Positions 20,901 through 30,423 of a stretch of DNA of 64,000 nucleotides are shown piece by piece; the stretch's first letter is position 1; each line of letters starts with the position of its first letter. The notes under the pieces are model-generated. The model was not told the DNA's origin, ran no database searches, and was given only the letters and a program-made list of their open reading frames with translations. Location: assembly GCA_963674595.2 (NCBI GenBank), contig CAXXFV010000015.1, positions 1 to 64,000 of the forward strand, in the 5' to 3' direction. The position numbers and the translations under genes were made by a program. This stretch comes from a bacterium (GTDB lineage: Bacteria; Zhuqueibacterota; Zhuqueibacteria; Residuimicrobiales; Krinioviventaceae).

Positions 20901-21295
20901 ATTTGGTTTCATTTTTAGATACATTATTATTACAAAAAGAGCAGGACGAAATAGATTCACGTGCAGATCATGTTCGGCTTTTAACCTTGCACGCTTCCAA
21001 AGGTCTCGAATTCCCGATTGTTTTTATTGCCGGATGTGAAGATGGAATAATACCGCAATCATCAAATTACAGCAATACGGATTATGATGAAGAAAGACGA
21101 TTGTTGTATGTTGGAATGACGCGAGCACAATCGTTTCTTTTTTTAACCAGTGCAAAAACAAGAGTTCTTTATAATCAAAAACATACACAAAAACCGTCTG
21201 TCTTTTTAAAATCTATTTCCAATAGTTTGATTAAAAAGGAAATTTCAGAGAAAAAGGTGTCGCTAAAAAAGAACAATCAGTTAAATCTTTTTTAA
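17990..21295 (+). CDS. Endonuclease Q-like PHP domain fused to UvrD/PcrA SF1 helicase
   Basis: N-terminus DLHIHS, AHIWTPWFS, LETGLSSD, SNSDAHS, GKYH..CPVCG, PGYDGEYG; C-terminus AGPGTGKT, VDEFQD, GDPNQAIYGFRG, NYRS, TLHASKGLEF, EERRLLYVGMTRA. Confidence 0.92.
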   Translation: MRFFVDLHIHSYYSRATSKKLNLEHLNKWAQIKGLSVVATGDITHPKWLEEMKEKLEPAEQGLYRLKKEYAAITQAEVPASCRKDIYFILSGEISNIYKKDSRVRKNHNVVFMPSLQAVEKFQEKLDRIGNIRSDGRPILGLDSRDLLEIALETDSNAHLVPAHIWTPWFSLLGSKSGFDTVEECFQDLTPYIFALETGLSSDPPMNWRLSMLDRYNLVSNSDAHSPEKLAREANVFECPLNYDAMFSALKNKDDDRFWGTIEFFPEEGKYHMDGHRKCSKMMFPKETIQNKGLCPVCGKPAVLGVSYRVEELADRDEGIKPKDAKNFKSLVPLKEVISEVFGVGPASKKVQILYESMYRELGSELDILMNLSLQDIKAHSGSIVAEAIHRMREGRIHPEPGYDGEYGVIRIFSDAEKDEITQQKTLFNLPGVVANKKPEQKVLDAPAEIKKQDKVREIKDEYGLNVEQRKAVKHRGGPLVIIAGPGTGKTRTLTYRIHDLISSDNVPLESILAVTFTNKAALEMRERLNTLLASKIEFLTIETFHAFCLNILRNEKTFLGRSNKFSIVDVRNDAGLKKLLKARCGFEITNSLVDKVSFLKGQFYGPDDLPKEIEEQLSPKIITFYKEYDKFFLENNLLDYDDLIMLTVKLLRSNPDVRRKILQKYQYISVDEFQDINPSQYELFKLLAISAKDVCVIGDPNQAIYGFRGADRKFFVNFRKDFPNSKQIKLVQNYRSSQNILKASTQLIGRSEMKTDENLWSNIVSDVKVQIHENSTDRAEAEYIVHQIEKFIGGTSHFSIDTERVENFELQNGEYGFSDIAVLFRNRSLLPPLVEALTRSGIPYQNINKDQFIQQPQAALILAALKIINAPMERLLWTNFLELLDIDLSIKNEIQEKFNFSSLESLLTGNLNLESNSPVIQFLQFVKDYHSHTPKNVCDVLEKILVTFEIELDVPVRKKLFDLARPYDLNLVSFLDTLLLQKEQDEIDSRADHVRLLTLHASKGLEFPIVFIAGCEDGIIPQSSNYSNTDYDEERRLLYVGMTRAQSFLFLTSAKTRVLYNQKHTQKPSVFLKSISNSLIKKEISEKKVSLKKNNQLNLF

Positions 21296-21313
21296 ATAAC
21301 ACAGGAAATTTTT

Positions 21314-22342
21314 ATGAGTGAACCACATGTTGTTGATTTAAGAAGTGATACATTAACACAACCTGGAGTTGAAATGAGGCAGGTTATTGCTCAGGCCGTC
21401 GTCGGTGATGATGTGTTTGGCGAGGACCCTACTATAAATGGGCTTCAGGAATATATCGCTGGTTTATTTCATAAAGAAGCCGCCCTCTTTGTTCCCAGTG
21501 GTACCATGGGAAACCAAATTTCGATTAAATGCCATACTCAACCTGGCGATGAAGTTATCTGTGAGGAAAACAGTCATTGTTATAATTATGAAGCCGGTAC
21601 TCCTGCATTTTTTTCCGGTGTCCAAATGCGACCGGTCGCCGGTAAAGATGCCGTTATTACAGCCGATCAAATTAAAGAACGGATTAGACCGACAGATCAT
21701 CATTTTCCTCAAACGCGGTTGGTTGTTTTGGAAAACACCCACAACAGGGCCGGCGGAATGATTTTACCGTTGGAAAATATTCAAAGCATCTACCATGTTT
21801 GCAAACAGTATAATCTAAGCCTGCATCTGGATGGTGCAAGAATTTGGAACGCCCACATAGCAACCGGAATTCCGCTTGAGGAATACGGCAAATATTTTGA
21901 CTCAATGTCCGTATGTTTATCAAAAGGATTGGGTGCGCCGGTTGGATCACTTGTTCTTGGTTCTGCGGATTTTATAAACAAGGCCCACCGGTTTCGTAAA
22001 ATATTGGGTGGCGGAATGCGGCAGGCGGGCGTTTTGGCCGCAGCCGGTTTGTATGCCGTTAAAAACAATCTTTCAAGGCTTGCTATTGATCATGAACATG
22101 CCGGAGAATTAGCCCAAAGTTTGGCACGTTTTGATTCAGTTTATATTGACCCAAAGTCGGTAAAAACAAATATTGTGATTGTTGAATGTCATAAAAATGT
22201 TGATAAAGTTGTTAGCGAGTTAAAAACCAAAGGCGTTTTAGCTGCCCCATTTGGAGGCAATAAAATACGGTTTGTAACTCATTTAAATCTAAGTAAAAAA
22301 GACATAGAAAAAGCAATTGACATTTTTAAACAGGTATTTTAA
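21314..22342 (+). CDS. ltaE: Low-specificity L-threonine aldolase
   Basis: [49 protein letters not shown]. Confidence 0.95.
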   Translation: MSEPHVVDLRSDTLTQPGVEMRQVIAQAVVGDDVFGEDPTINGLQEYIAGLFHKEAALFVPSGTMGNQISIKCHTQPGDEVICEENSHCYNYEAGTPAFFSGVQMRPVAGKDAVITADQIKERIRPTDHHFPQTRLVVLENTHNRAGGMILPLENIQSIYHVCKQYNLSLHLDGARIWNAHIATGIPLEEYGKYFDSMSVCLSKGLGAPVGSLVLGSADFINKAHRFRKILGGGMRQAGVLAAAGLYAVKNNLSRLAIDHEHAGELAQSLARFDSVYIDPKSVKTNIVIVECHKNVDKVVSELKTKGVLAAPFGGNKIRFVTHLNLSKKDIEKAIDIFKQVF

Positions 22343-22351
22343 GAGGTTTGG

Positions 22352-23695
22352 ATGAAAATAATCATTGTTGGGGCCGGTCGTGTCGGTTCTCATCTTGGTA
22401 AAATATTAGCCAATGAAAATCATGACGTAACCATAATTGAACCTGATGATAATGCCCGGCGTCGGGCTATGGAGATGTTGGACGTAATGGTCATTGATGG
22501 CAATGGTGCCAGTCCCAAGGTGTTGATGCAGGCCGGAATAAGTGATTGTGATATGTTGATTGCCGTTTCTGCGATTGATGAGATCAACATCCTGGCGTGT
22601 ATGATAGCTGCCCGTGTTGGTGTCCCCAAAAAAATTGCCAGGCTTCGAAATGCAGAATTTAGTGATCCCAACTCGTTATTAACAAAACAGGACCTTGGCA
22701 TAGATTTTATCATTCACCCTGAAGTTGAAACCGCGAGAGAATTGGTGTTGTTGATTCGCCGTTCTTCTGCTACGGATGTTGTAGAGTTTGCTGATGGAAA
22801 AGTCCAGCTTGTTGGAATCCGTATTGATAAAACGGCCCCAATCGTAAACAAAACTCTGCAGCAAATAGACAAAGAAAACCCGGATGTGCTATTTCGTGTT
22901 GTCGCTATTTTTAGAGGGAATCGTACCATCGTTCCTACAGGAGATTGTATTGTTAACAAGGGTGACCAGCTTTTTTTTATAACAAAAACTGAACTTGTTC
23001 AGAATATTTTACAATTAGCCGGCAAAAGTGAAGAAAAGATGGAAAAATTAATGATTTTGGGTGGTGGCAAAGTCGGTCGTCTTGTGGCTACAGAATTGGA
23101 AAAAGATAAGGCGCTTAATGTTAAACTTATCGAGTCCAGTAAAGAAAAGACAATGAAAATTGCAAACCAGTTAAGGCGCACTCTTATTATCGTTGGTGAT
23201 GGAACTGATCTTGATTTACTGGCTACCGAAGGAATTATGGATATGGACGGGTATATAGCTGTTACGTCGGATGAAGAAACAAATATCATATCCAGTTTAA
23301 TGGCAAAACATTTAGGCGTTCGTCGTTCTTTAACCCTGGTTAATCGGTCCGATTATTTACCTGTCATGTCTTCTATTGGTTTGGACGCTGCTGTCGATCA
23401 GCAGATGATTACAGCTAATACTATCCTTCGTTTCATCAGGCGTGGTAATATAGTATCTTATGCAACGCTTCGGGGGATAGAAGCCGAAGTGCTTGAAGTT
23501 GAAGTCGGAGAAAAAGCTAAAATAGCAAATATGCTTTTGAAAAAAGTCAAATTTCCGGCAAATGCCATTATTGGTTTGGTTACCAGAAATGATAAAGTAT
23601 TTGTACCTACGGGCGAAACCAATATTACACCAGGTGATAAATTAATCGTATTTACATTACCGGATGCAATTTCCGCAATTGAAAGAATGATATAA
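22352..23695 (+). CDS. trkA: Trk potassium uptake NAD-binding subunit
   Basis: Two RCK_N/RCK_C pairs (GAGRVG, GGGKVG); 447 aa. Confidence 0.95.
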   Translation: MKIIIVGAGRVGSHLGKILANENHDVTIIEPDDNARRRAMEMLDVMVIDGNGASPKVLMQAGISDCDMLIAVSAIDEINILACMIAARVGVPKKIARLRNAEFSDPNSLLTKQDLGIDFIIHPEVETARELVLLIRRSSATDVVEFADGKVQLVGIRIDKTAPIVNKTLQQIDKENPDVLFRVVAIFRGNRTIVPTGDCIVNKGDQLFFITKTELVQNILQLAGKSEEKMEKLMILGGGKVGRLVATELEKDKALNVKLIESSKEKTMKIANQLRRTLIIVGDGTDLDLLATEGIMDMDGYIAVTSDEETNIISSLMAKHLGVRRSLTLVNRSDYLPVMSSIGLDAAVDQQMITANTILRFIRRGNIVSYATLRGIEAEVLEVEVGEKAKIANMLLKKVKFPANAIIGLVTRNDKVFVPTGETNITPGDKLIVFTLPDAISAIERMI

Positions 23696-23699
23696 TTTT

Positions 23700-25142
23700 A
23701 TGAATTTTCGTGCGATTATAAATGTTTTGGGAGCTTTGATTATTTTTGAAAGTCTCTCAATGATATTTCCCCTGCTTTTTTCATTATACTATCATGAAAG
23801 TGATACATCGGCTTTTTTGATTTCAATGGCTATTGGAAGCAGTATTGGTGGATTTTTAATATTTTTAACACGGGCAAAAAATGAGCTGAAAATAAGAGAG
23901 GGATTTGCTATTGTAGGGCTTGGGTGGACTGTTATGGCTGCTTTTGGCGCTTTACCTTTTACCATATCAGGAGCAATTCCATCTTTTACAAACGCTTTTT
24001 TTGAGACAATGTCGGGCTTTACAACCACCGGCGCCAGTATTTTGACGAATATAGAGACTTTACCACACGGTATATTATTCTGGAGAAGCCAAACACATTG
24101 GATCGGTGGTATGGGGATTATTGTGTTATCTCTTGCTATTTTACCGCTTTTGGGTGTTGGCGGTATGCAGTTGTTCAAAGCAGAAGTTCCCGGCCCGGTA
24201 CCGGATAAATTGAGCCCGCGAATAAAGGAAACGGCCAAAATACTCTGGGGAGTATATATGCTGGTTACGGTTGTTGAAACCATTTTTTTGTTGCTGGGTA
24301 ATATGTCTCTTTTTGATGCCTTGTGCCATACATTTGGGACTGTTGCAACAGGAGGTTTTTCTACCAAAAATGCCAGTGTTGCGCATTATGACAGTTTGTA
24401 TATTGAAATTATAATTATTTTATTTATGTTTATTGCCGGCACTAATTTTAGTTTACATTATAAATTTTTAACGGGGAAATTGAGTTCCTATCGATTTGAT
24501 CGCGAATTTTTATTTTATTTTAAATTTGTGCTCATCATGATTGGCTCTGTCACTGCACTTGTTTACTTTTTTAAATATCAGCATTGGGGACAGTCACTGC
24601 GAACGGCCTCTTTTCAGGTCGTTTCCATCATTACAACAACTGGTTATGCAACAGATGATTTTGAAGTTTGGTCCGGCGCCGGACAGTTGATCATGCTATT
24701 GTTAATGTTTATTGGCGGTTGTGCCGGTTCTACAGGTGGATCAATAAAAATTATCAGAATAATGATTGTTTTAAAACAGGGTGTGGCAGAAATGAAAAAA
24801 TTACTACATCCTAATGCATACATTCCTGTAAGGCTTGGCGGGCGTGTGGTGCAGCCGGAAGTTGTTACGAATATATTGGGTTTTTTCCTTATTTATATCA
24901 TTATTTTTACCGTAGGATCAGTGTTAATGGCTGCTATGGGATTGGATTTTATTTCTGCATTATCAAGTGTTGCTGCGACATTGGGAAATATCGGACCAGG
25001 TTTAGGATCTGTAGGTCCAACAGATAATTATGCCCATATACCAATAGCAGGAAAATGGTTGTTGTCATTTTTTATGCTTTTAGGCCGGCTGGAGCTTTAT
25101 ACCATTTTAATATTGTTTATTCCAGAGTTTTGGAAAAAATAA
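23700..25142 (+). CDS. trkH: Trk potassium uptake membrane subunit
   Basis: FFETMSGFTTTGAS, ATGGFS, TTTGY, GGCAGSTGGSIK, LGNIGPG, GRLE. Confidence 0.95.
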   Translation: MNFRAIINVLGALIIFESLSMIFPLLFSLYYHESDTSAFLISMAIGSSIGGFLIFLTRAKNELKIREGFAIVGLGWTVMAAFGALPFTISGAIPSFTNAFFETMSGFTTTGASILTNIETLPHGILFWRSQTHWIGGMGIIVLSLAILPLLGVGGMQLFKAEVPGPVPDKLSPRIKETAKILWGVYMLVTVVETIFLLLGNMSLFDALCHTFGTVATGGFSTKNASVAHYDSLYIEIIIILFMFIAGTNFSLHYKFLTGKLSSYRFDREFLFYFKFVLIMIGSVTALVYFFKYQHWGQSLRTASFQVVSIITTTGYATDDFEVWSGAGQLIMLLLMFIGGCAGSTGGSIKIIRIMIVLKQGVAEMKKLLHPNAYIPVRLGGRVVQPEVVTNILGFFLIYIIIFTVGSVLMAAMGLDFISALSSVAATLGNIGPGLGSVGPTDNYAHIPIAGKWLLSFFMLLGRLELYTILILFIPEFWKK

Positions 25143-25165
25143 CAATGAATCAAATGAAATTTTTC

Positions 25166-25194
25166 TTGACATTAGGGTGTTTTATTGTTAAGTT
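25166..25194 (+). promoter_or_regulatory. sigma70-type promoter of rpoD
   Basis: TTGACA-N17-TAAGTT with an extended -10 TG. Confidence 0.6.
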
Positions 25195-25327
25195 ATTTGA
25201 TGTTGTACACTATTATTACGCCAAATTTTATTTTTAAAACCGGGACATTTTTTTAATTATTTATAAATGATCAAAACTAACCCTTATTTTTTATTGATTA
25301 ACTGAAGGGAAGTGATAAGCTTAGCTA

Positions 25328-26197
25328 ATGACAACAAAAGTAAAAAAAACAAAACAAAAAGAAGTCGTACGCACCAAAGAATCCATTGAAAAATATTTGG
25401 AAGAAATTGGTGGTTTTTCTCCACTTGCTCCTGAAAAGGAGATAGAGTTAGCTCGAAAGATCCATAGTGGTGATGAAATTGCTCTTGATAATTTAGTTAA
25501 AGCAAACCTTCGTTTTGTAATCAGCGTTGCAAAAGAATATCAGGGACAGGGACTGCCTTTACAGGATTTGATAAGTGAAGGTAACCTGGGCCTTATTAAA
25601 GCGGCACAAAGATTTGATGAAACGAGAGGTTTTAAGTTTATTTCATACGCTGTCTGGTGGATTCGTCAGTCCATATTACAAGCTTTAGCCGAACAATCAC
25701 GTGTTGTAAGATTACCATTAAATAGAGTTGGGGCTATCAATAAAGTTGGCCGCGCCCTGGAACAATTGGAAAAAGAGTTTAGTCGCGAACCCAGTATGGG
25801 TGAAATCGCAGATAAAATGGAAATGTCTTCCTATGAAGTTGCGGACGTTTTAAAAACCTCAGCCCGTCATTTGTCTCTTGATGAACCTTTTAAAGAAGAT
25901 GAAGGAAACAGTCTACTCGATGTATTACAAAGTGATCGTTATCAACCACCGGATGGTGAATTGATGCGTGATTCGCTTCGGGAAGAGATTGATAAAGTTT
26001 TATCTACATTAAAAGAAAGAGAAGCTGAAATAGTTAAATTGTATTTCGGCCTTGATGGTGATCGTCCTCTAACTCTTGAAGAAATTGGAGAATATTTTGA
26101 ACTCACGCGCGAACGTGTGAGACAGATTAAAGAAAAAGCTTTACGACGGTTGAGACATCGTTCTCGGCTCGACCCGTTAAGAAAATATTTAGGATAA
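25328..26197 (+). CDS. rpoD: RNA polymerase sigma factor, RpoD/SigA family, short FCB-type lacking region 1.1
   Basis: [56 protein letters not shown]; 289 aa. Confidence 0.88.
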   Translation: MTTKVKKTKQKEVVRTKESIEKYLEEIGGFSPLAPEKEIELARKIHSGDEIALDNLVKANLRFVISVAKEYQGQGLPLQDLISEGNLGLIKAAQRFDETRGFKFISYAVWWIRQSILQALAEQSRVVRLPLNRVGAINKVGRALEQLEKEFSREPSMGEIADKMEMSSYEVADVLKTSARHLSLDEPFKEDEGNSLLDVLQSDRYQPPDGELMRDSLREEIDKVLSTLKEREAEIVKLYFGLDGDRPLTLEEIGEYFELTRERVRQIKEKALRRLRHRSRLDPLRKYLG

Positions 26198-26204
26198 ATA
26201 AGAC

Positions 26205-26228
26205 AAGCCCTCAAAAGAGGGCTTTTTT
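26205..26228 (+). terminator. Intrinsic terminator between rpoD and yrbG
   Basis: AAGCCCTC-aaaa-GAGGGCTT followed by TTTT. Confidence 0.8.
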
Positions 26229-26229
26229 C

Positions 26230-27165
26230 TTAAAATAGCAGAAAAGTAAAAACCGAATAAAGCACCAATAAAATCCCACCTTCCCATCGATTAATTATAA
26301 AACCGGTTCTCATCATTGGCAGGAAAATAATTGTAAAAAACAGCATGGCAGGATATTCAAAGTAGAGTAAATTTTTATCCACAGGAATTGGATAAAGCAT
26401 CGCCACAAGCGCTAAAATTAATAGTGTATTGAAAATATTGCTGCCGACAGCGTTTCCAACTGCAAGGTCGACATGTCCTCTATAAGCACTCACAGAAGAA
26501 ATTGCCAATTCCGGCAAAGATGTTCCAACAGCAATCATTGTAATGGCAATGACAATGGGACTGATGTGTAGTATTTCTGCAATTTTTTCAGCAGAAATAA
26601 CAATGATGTATGAACCTGCCAACAAGATTACAAGTCCAATAAGCGTTAAAAAAATATTAAATCCGATGGAATGTTTTTGTTTTTCAGAATTTTGTTCGAG
26701 TTCGGCTTTACGGTCTTTTTTTGCCAATATGATCACATAGGTTATAAAACCAATAAATCCGATAAAAAGGACCAATCCGTCAATAAAGCCTAAAACACCA
26801 TCCAGGCTAAATACGTATAATAAAATTGTTGCGGTAATAAGAAAAGGCATTTCGCGGCGAATTGTTTCAGCCTGTATTTTAAGCGGATTAATAACAGCAG
26901 CTAAACCGACAACAAGCCCAATGTTTGCAATATTACTTCCAATAATATTTCCCAAAGCAAAATCTTTTGTGCCTTTGACAGCCGCTAATAAACTGACGGC
27001 CAATTCCGGCGACGATGTTCCCATTGCGACAATGGTAAGCCCTACAATGATCGGACGAATTCCCAGCCCGATAGCCAATCTGCTGGAACCTTTAACCAGG
27101 AATTCGGCACCACCATATAAAAACAGGATTCCTAGGAGGAATAATAAAATGGGTATGAGGAGCAT
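26230..27165 (-). CDS. Calcium/sodium antiporter (YrbG/CaCA family)
   Basis: Two alpha repeats GTSSPE..GNIIGSN and GTSLPE..GNAVGSN. Confidence 0.93.
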   Translation of the reverse strand: MLLIPILLFLLGILFLYGGAEFLVKGSSRLAIGLGIRPIIVGLTIVAMGTSSPELAVSLLAAVKGTKDFALGNIIGSNIANIGLVVGLAAVINPLKIQAETIRREMPFLITATILLYVFSLDGVLGFIDGLVLFIGFIGFITYVIILAKKDRKAELEQNSEKQKHSIGFNIFLTLIGLVILLAGSYIIVISAEKIAEILHISPIVIAITMIAVGTSLPELAISSVSAYRGHVDLAVGNAVGSNIFNTLLILALVAMLYPIPVDKNLLYFEYPAMLFFTIIFLPMMRTGFIINRWEGGILLVLYSVFTFLLF

Positions 27166-27183
27166 AATTTTTTCCGGAAATGA

Positions 27184-27756
27184 CTAAATTTTACGACTGC
27201 CGGGTTTGACAACCGGTATGTCTTTTTTACACAGTGGGCATTCATCCGGATTATAAACAATGACATCCATTTGCATAACTGAAAAGTGAGGAACATCAAA
27301 GGTTGTTTTGCCGGCACTTCTGTCGACAATAAATCCTGCTCCTATTACAATTGCGTCGTTATTCTGCGCTAATTTGATGACTTCTTTAATGGAACCGCCG
27401 GTTGTAACAACATCTTCTACAGCCAGTATTCGTTCACCCTTTTTAAACTCGAATCCTCTGCGAAGAGTCATTTCATTATTTTCACGTTCTGCAAATATAT
27501 GCCGGCAACCTAACAGGCGGGCGACTTCTTGTCCTATAACAATTCCACCAACAGCCGGTGAAATGACACATTCAATATTCTGGTTTTGATAGTAATCGAC
27601 AATCACTTTGGCCAATTGCTCTGTATATTCCGGGTATTGCAAAACTTTGGCGCATTGGAAATATTGAGGGCTGTGCAGACCGCTTGTTAAACGAAAATGT
27701 CCGTCAAGCAGAGCATTTGATTCTTTAAAAATTTTTATGGCTTGTTCTTTTTCCAT
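27184..27756 (-). CDS. pyrE: Orotate phosphoribosyltransferase
   Basis: GHFRLTSGLHS, VEDVVTTGGS, KPGSRK. Confidence 0.95.
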   Translation of the reverse strand: MEKEQAIKIFKESNALLDGHFRLTSGLHSPQYFQCAKVLQYPEYTEQLAKVIVDYYQNQNIECVISPAVGGIVIGQEVARLLGCRHIFAERENNEMTLRRGFEFKKGERILAVEDVVTTGGSIKEVIKLAQNNDAIVIGAGFIVDRSAGKTTFDVPHFSVMQMDVIVYNPDECPLCKKDIPVVKPGSRKI

Positions 27757-27835
27757 TTATTTATCCTGATAATTTTAGTTACAAAATAGTATTATAATAG
27801 GGAATTTATAAATTTTAATAAATATGCCTGTTACC

Positions 27836-28645
27836 TCAAATTTTAGCATTATTTAAATCATCCCTGGTTTGTTTGGCTTTAGCTTTGGCTGTTTGGGCAA
27901 AATCTTTTTCTAAAGATGCATAGATAATAGCACGGCTGGAGTTATAGAGTGCATTTGATCCGTTTAAGTCTGTTCCAAACTGAACGGATTTTTGCAGATC
28001 GCCTCCCTGAGCGCCGATTCCCGGAATAAGGAACGGAAGCTGCGGTGTTAAGGACCTGATTTTTTCCAACTCTTCCGGATGGGTTGCACCAACAACAAGT
28101 CCGCAGTTATTGTTCGAGTTCCAGGAATTTACAGATACGGCAATTTTTTCGTATAATTTTTGTTCCCCGTTACTAAAATGTTGAAAGTCCTGTGAACCGG
28201 GATTAGATGTCAGGCACAGGAAAAATACGCCTTTTGACGGATCGCCTAAAAATGGCTGAGCGGAATCATGTCCCATTAACGGATTGACTGTAATGGCATC
28301 GGCTCCAAGATCATCAAAAAGGGCTTGAGCGTACATTTTAGCCGTGTTTCCAATATCACCGCGTTTCGCATCGGCAATTTTTATAACATCAGATGGTAAA
28401 TAGTCAAACGTTTTTTTCAGGGCCTGCCAACCTTCAATTCCATAAGCTTCGTAAAAGGCAAGGTTAATTTTAAAGGCCGCTGCATAGTTTTGCGTGGCAT
28501 CAATAATTTGTTTGTTAAACTCGAAAATAGGATCAGATTCTTGTAAAAGATGGGGAGGGATTTTATCTTTGGCCGTGTCGAGCCCGACACACAGTAAAGA
28601 ATTTTTCTTTTCTATAGTTTCCAGTACTTTATTTATAAAGTTCAT
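27836..28645 (-). CDS. pyrF: Orotidine-5'-phosphate decarboxylase (type 2)
   Basis: LCVGLD, DAKRGDIGNT, LTSNPGS, VVGAT, PGIGAQGG, SSRAI. Confidence 0.95.
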   Translation of the reverse strand: MNFINKVLETIEKKNSLLCVGLDTAKDKIPPHLLQESDPIFEFNKQIIDATQNYAAAFKINLAFYEAYGIEGWQALKKTFDYLPSDVIKIADAKRGDIGNTAKMYAQALFDDLGADAITVNPLMGHDSAQPFLGDPSKGVFFLCLTSNPGSQDFQHFSNGEQKLYEKIAVSVNSWNSNNNCGLVVGATHPEELEKIRSLTPQLPFLIPGIGAQGGDLQKSVQFGTDLNGSNALYNSSRAIIYASLEKDFAQTAKAKAKQTRDDLNNAKI

Positions 28646-28656
28646 AAATTTCCTTT

Positions 28657-29130
28657 TTACAAATAAATTATTTCAGCTTTTGCATTGTTTTCTGAAAGAT
28701 GCAACATGGCAACACTTGCTTTTTTATTTCGGATTGTTATAACGGCTGCACCCGGATTGATATATGAGGTGCTATCAAATTGTTTAATTAATGCGACATG
28801 AGTGTGGCCGTTAATAAAAATTTGCCGCTCTTGGGAATTAATCAGATTGTTGGCAACGGGATTTGTACCAATATGCCGGATACAAAAGTGATATCCAAGC
28901 AGTGTAAGTGTTTCATTCTCTTTTAATAATGAACGCACAGAAAAATCGTCAGAGTTTCCATATACAGCCGTAACAGGCGCTAAAAGTTGTAATGAAAAGA
29001 GAATATCCTTATTTCCTATATCACCGGCATGAATAATATGATCAACGCTGCTAAATATGTCACTTATTTTTTTGTGCAGATGTCCGTGTGTGTCTGAGAT
29101 AATTCCTATTTGTAAATTATTTGATGACAT
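28657..29130 (-). CDS. YfcE/MJ0936-family metallophosphoesterase
   Basis: ISDTHG, HAGD, GNSD, GHTH, NPG. Confidence 0.9.
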   Translation of the reverse strand: MSSNNLQIGIISDTHGHLHKKISDIFSSVDHIIHAGDIGNKDILFSLQLLAPVTAVYGNSDDFSVRSLLKENETLTLLGYHFCIRHIGTNPVANNLINSQERQIFINGHTHVALIKQFDSTSYINPGAAVITIRNKKASVAMLHLSENNAKAEIIYL

Positions 29131-30382
29131 CTGTCCCCAAATATTTTCTCAGGACCTGAGGTACAATAATTTGTCCATCATCGGTTTGGTAATTTTCCAA
29201 AATGGCAATGACGGTTCTCGGAAGCGCCAGTCCTGATCCGTTTAATGTGTGAACATATTCCGGTTTGTCGCCTCGTTTTTTACGAAACCGTATATTTGCG
29301 CGTCTGGCCTGAAAATCTTCAAAATTACTGCAGGATGAGACTTCCAGCCATTTTTCAATCCCTGCGGCCCAAACTTCAATATCATAACATTTGGCTGCTG
29401 AAAAACTGAGATCTCCGGATGCTAAAGTTAAAACACGATAGGGAAGGTTTAAAAGTTGTAAAACTTCTTCAGCGTTTGCCAACAGTTTTTCCAGCTCATC
29501 ATAGGATTTTTCCGGTTCAACAAATTTTACCATTTCAACTTTGTCAAATTGGTGAATTCGCATCAATCCACGGGTATCTTTGCCATAGGCACCGGCTTCA
29601 CGTCTGAAACAGGGGGTATAGGCAGTATAATAAATTGGTAAATCATCACCATTAATAAGCTCTTCTCGATGCAGGTTGGTTACCGGAACTTCGGCTGTGG
29701 GAATGAGATAAAGATCGTCGATGGGAATATAATACATATCGTCTTTTAATTTCGGTAATTGACCCGTACCAAACATAGCCTCCGGTTTGGTGACAAAGGG
29801 CGGCAACACTTCGGTATAGCCGTGTTTTTCCACATGAAGGTCTATCATGAAACTGATCAACGCACGCTGCAGTTTGGCGCCCAATCCGCGATATCCGACA
29901 AAAAAGGAGCCGGACATTCTGGAAGCGCGGTTAAAATCGATTATATCCAGTTTTTCTGCAATTTCATAATGAGGCAAAGGTTTGAAATCTTTTTTTTCAA
30001 TTTCACCCCATGTTTTGATTTGCAGATTATTTTCTTCTCCGCCAATAGGAACACTTTTATGGGGAATATTGGGGATAAAAATTAGTATATCATTTATTTG
30101 ATTTTCTATTTGACGCAATGCTTCAGTTTTTGCTTTAATCGTATCAGACAGATTGCGCATCTCAGCAATGACATCTGATGCGTCTTGTTTATTCCGTTTC
30201 AGTTCGGCAATCTGATTTGTAACTTTGTTTTGTTCGGCCCGTGCATTTTCTGTTTCGCCAATAAGTTCACGACGTTTTACATCAAGTTTTAAAAGTGCGT
30301 CAACATCAGCTTTTTCTCGTTTGTTGATAACAGCTTGTTTAACGATTTCCGGGTTTTCTCGTATAAATTTTAAATCCAGCAT
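29117..30382 (-). CDS. serS: Serine--tRNA ligase
   Basis: MLDLKFIRENP, GTGQLPK, PTAEVP, FRREAG, HQFDKVE, EVSSCSN, HTLNGSG. Confidence 0.97.
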   Translation of the reverse strand: MLDLKFIRENPEIVKQAVINKREKADVDALLKLDVKRRELIGETENARAEQNKVTNQIAELKRNKQDASDVIAEMRNLSDTIKAKTEALRQIENQINDILIFIPNIPHKSVPIGGEENNLQIKTWGEIEKKDFKPLPHYEIAEKLDIIDFNRASRMSGSFFVGYRGLGAKLQRALISFMIDLHVEKHGYTEVLPPFVTKPEAMFGTGQLPKLKDDMYYIPIDDLYLIPTAEVPVTNLHREELINGDDLPIYYTAYTPCFRREAGAYGKDTRGLMRIHQFDKVEMVKFVEPEKSYDELEKLLANAEEVLQLLNLPYRVLTLASGDLSFSAAKCYDIEVWAAGIEKWLEVSSCSNFEDFQARRANIRFRKKRGDKPEYVHTLNGSGLALPRTVIAILENYQTDDGQIIVPQVLRKYLGTDVIK

Positions 30383-30423
30383 TTTAATCCTCAAGTGCGT
30401 TTATATTTTTTAAGGACCTAATG

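Noticed and set aside
25055-25237. 60-aa ORF between trkH and rpoD
   Set aside because: It overlaps the trkH end and the rpoD promoter; no RBS or motif.
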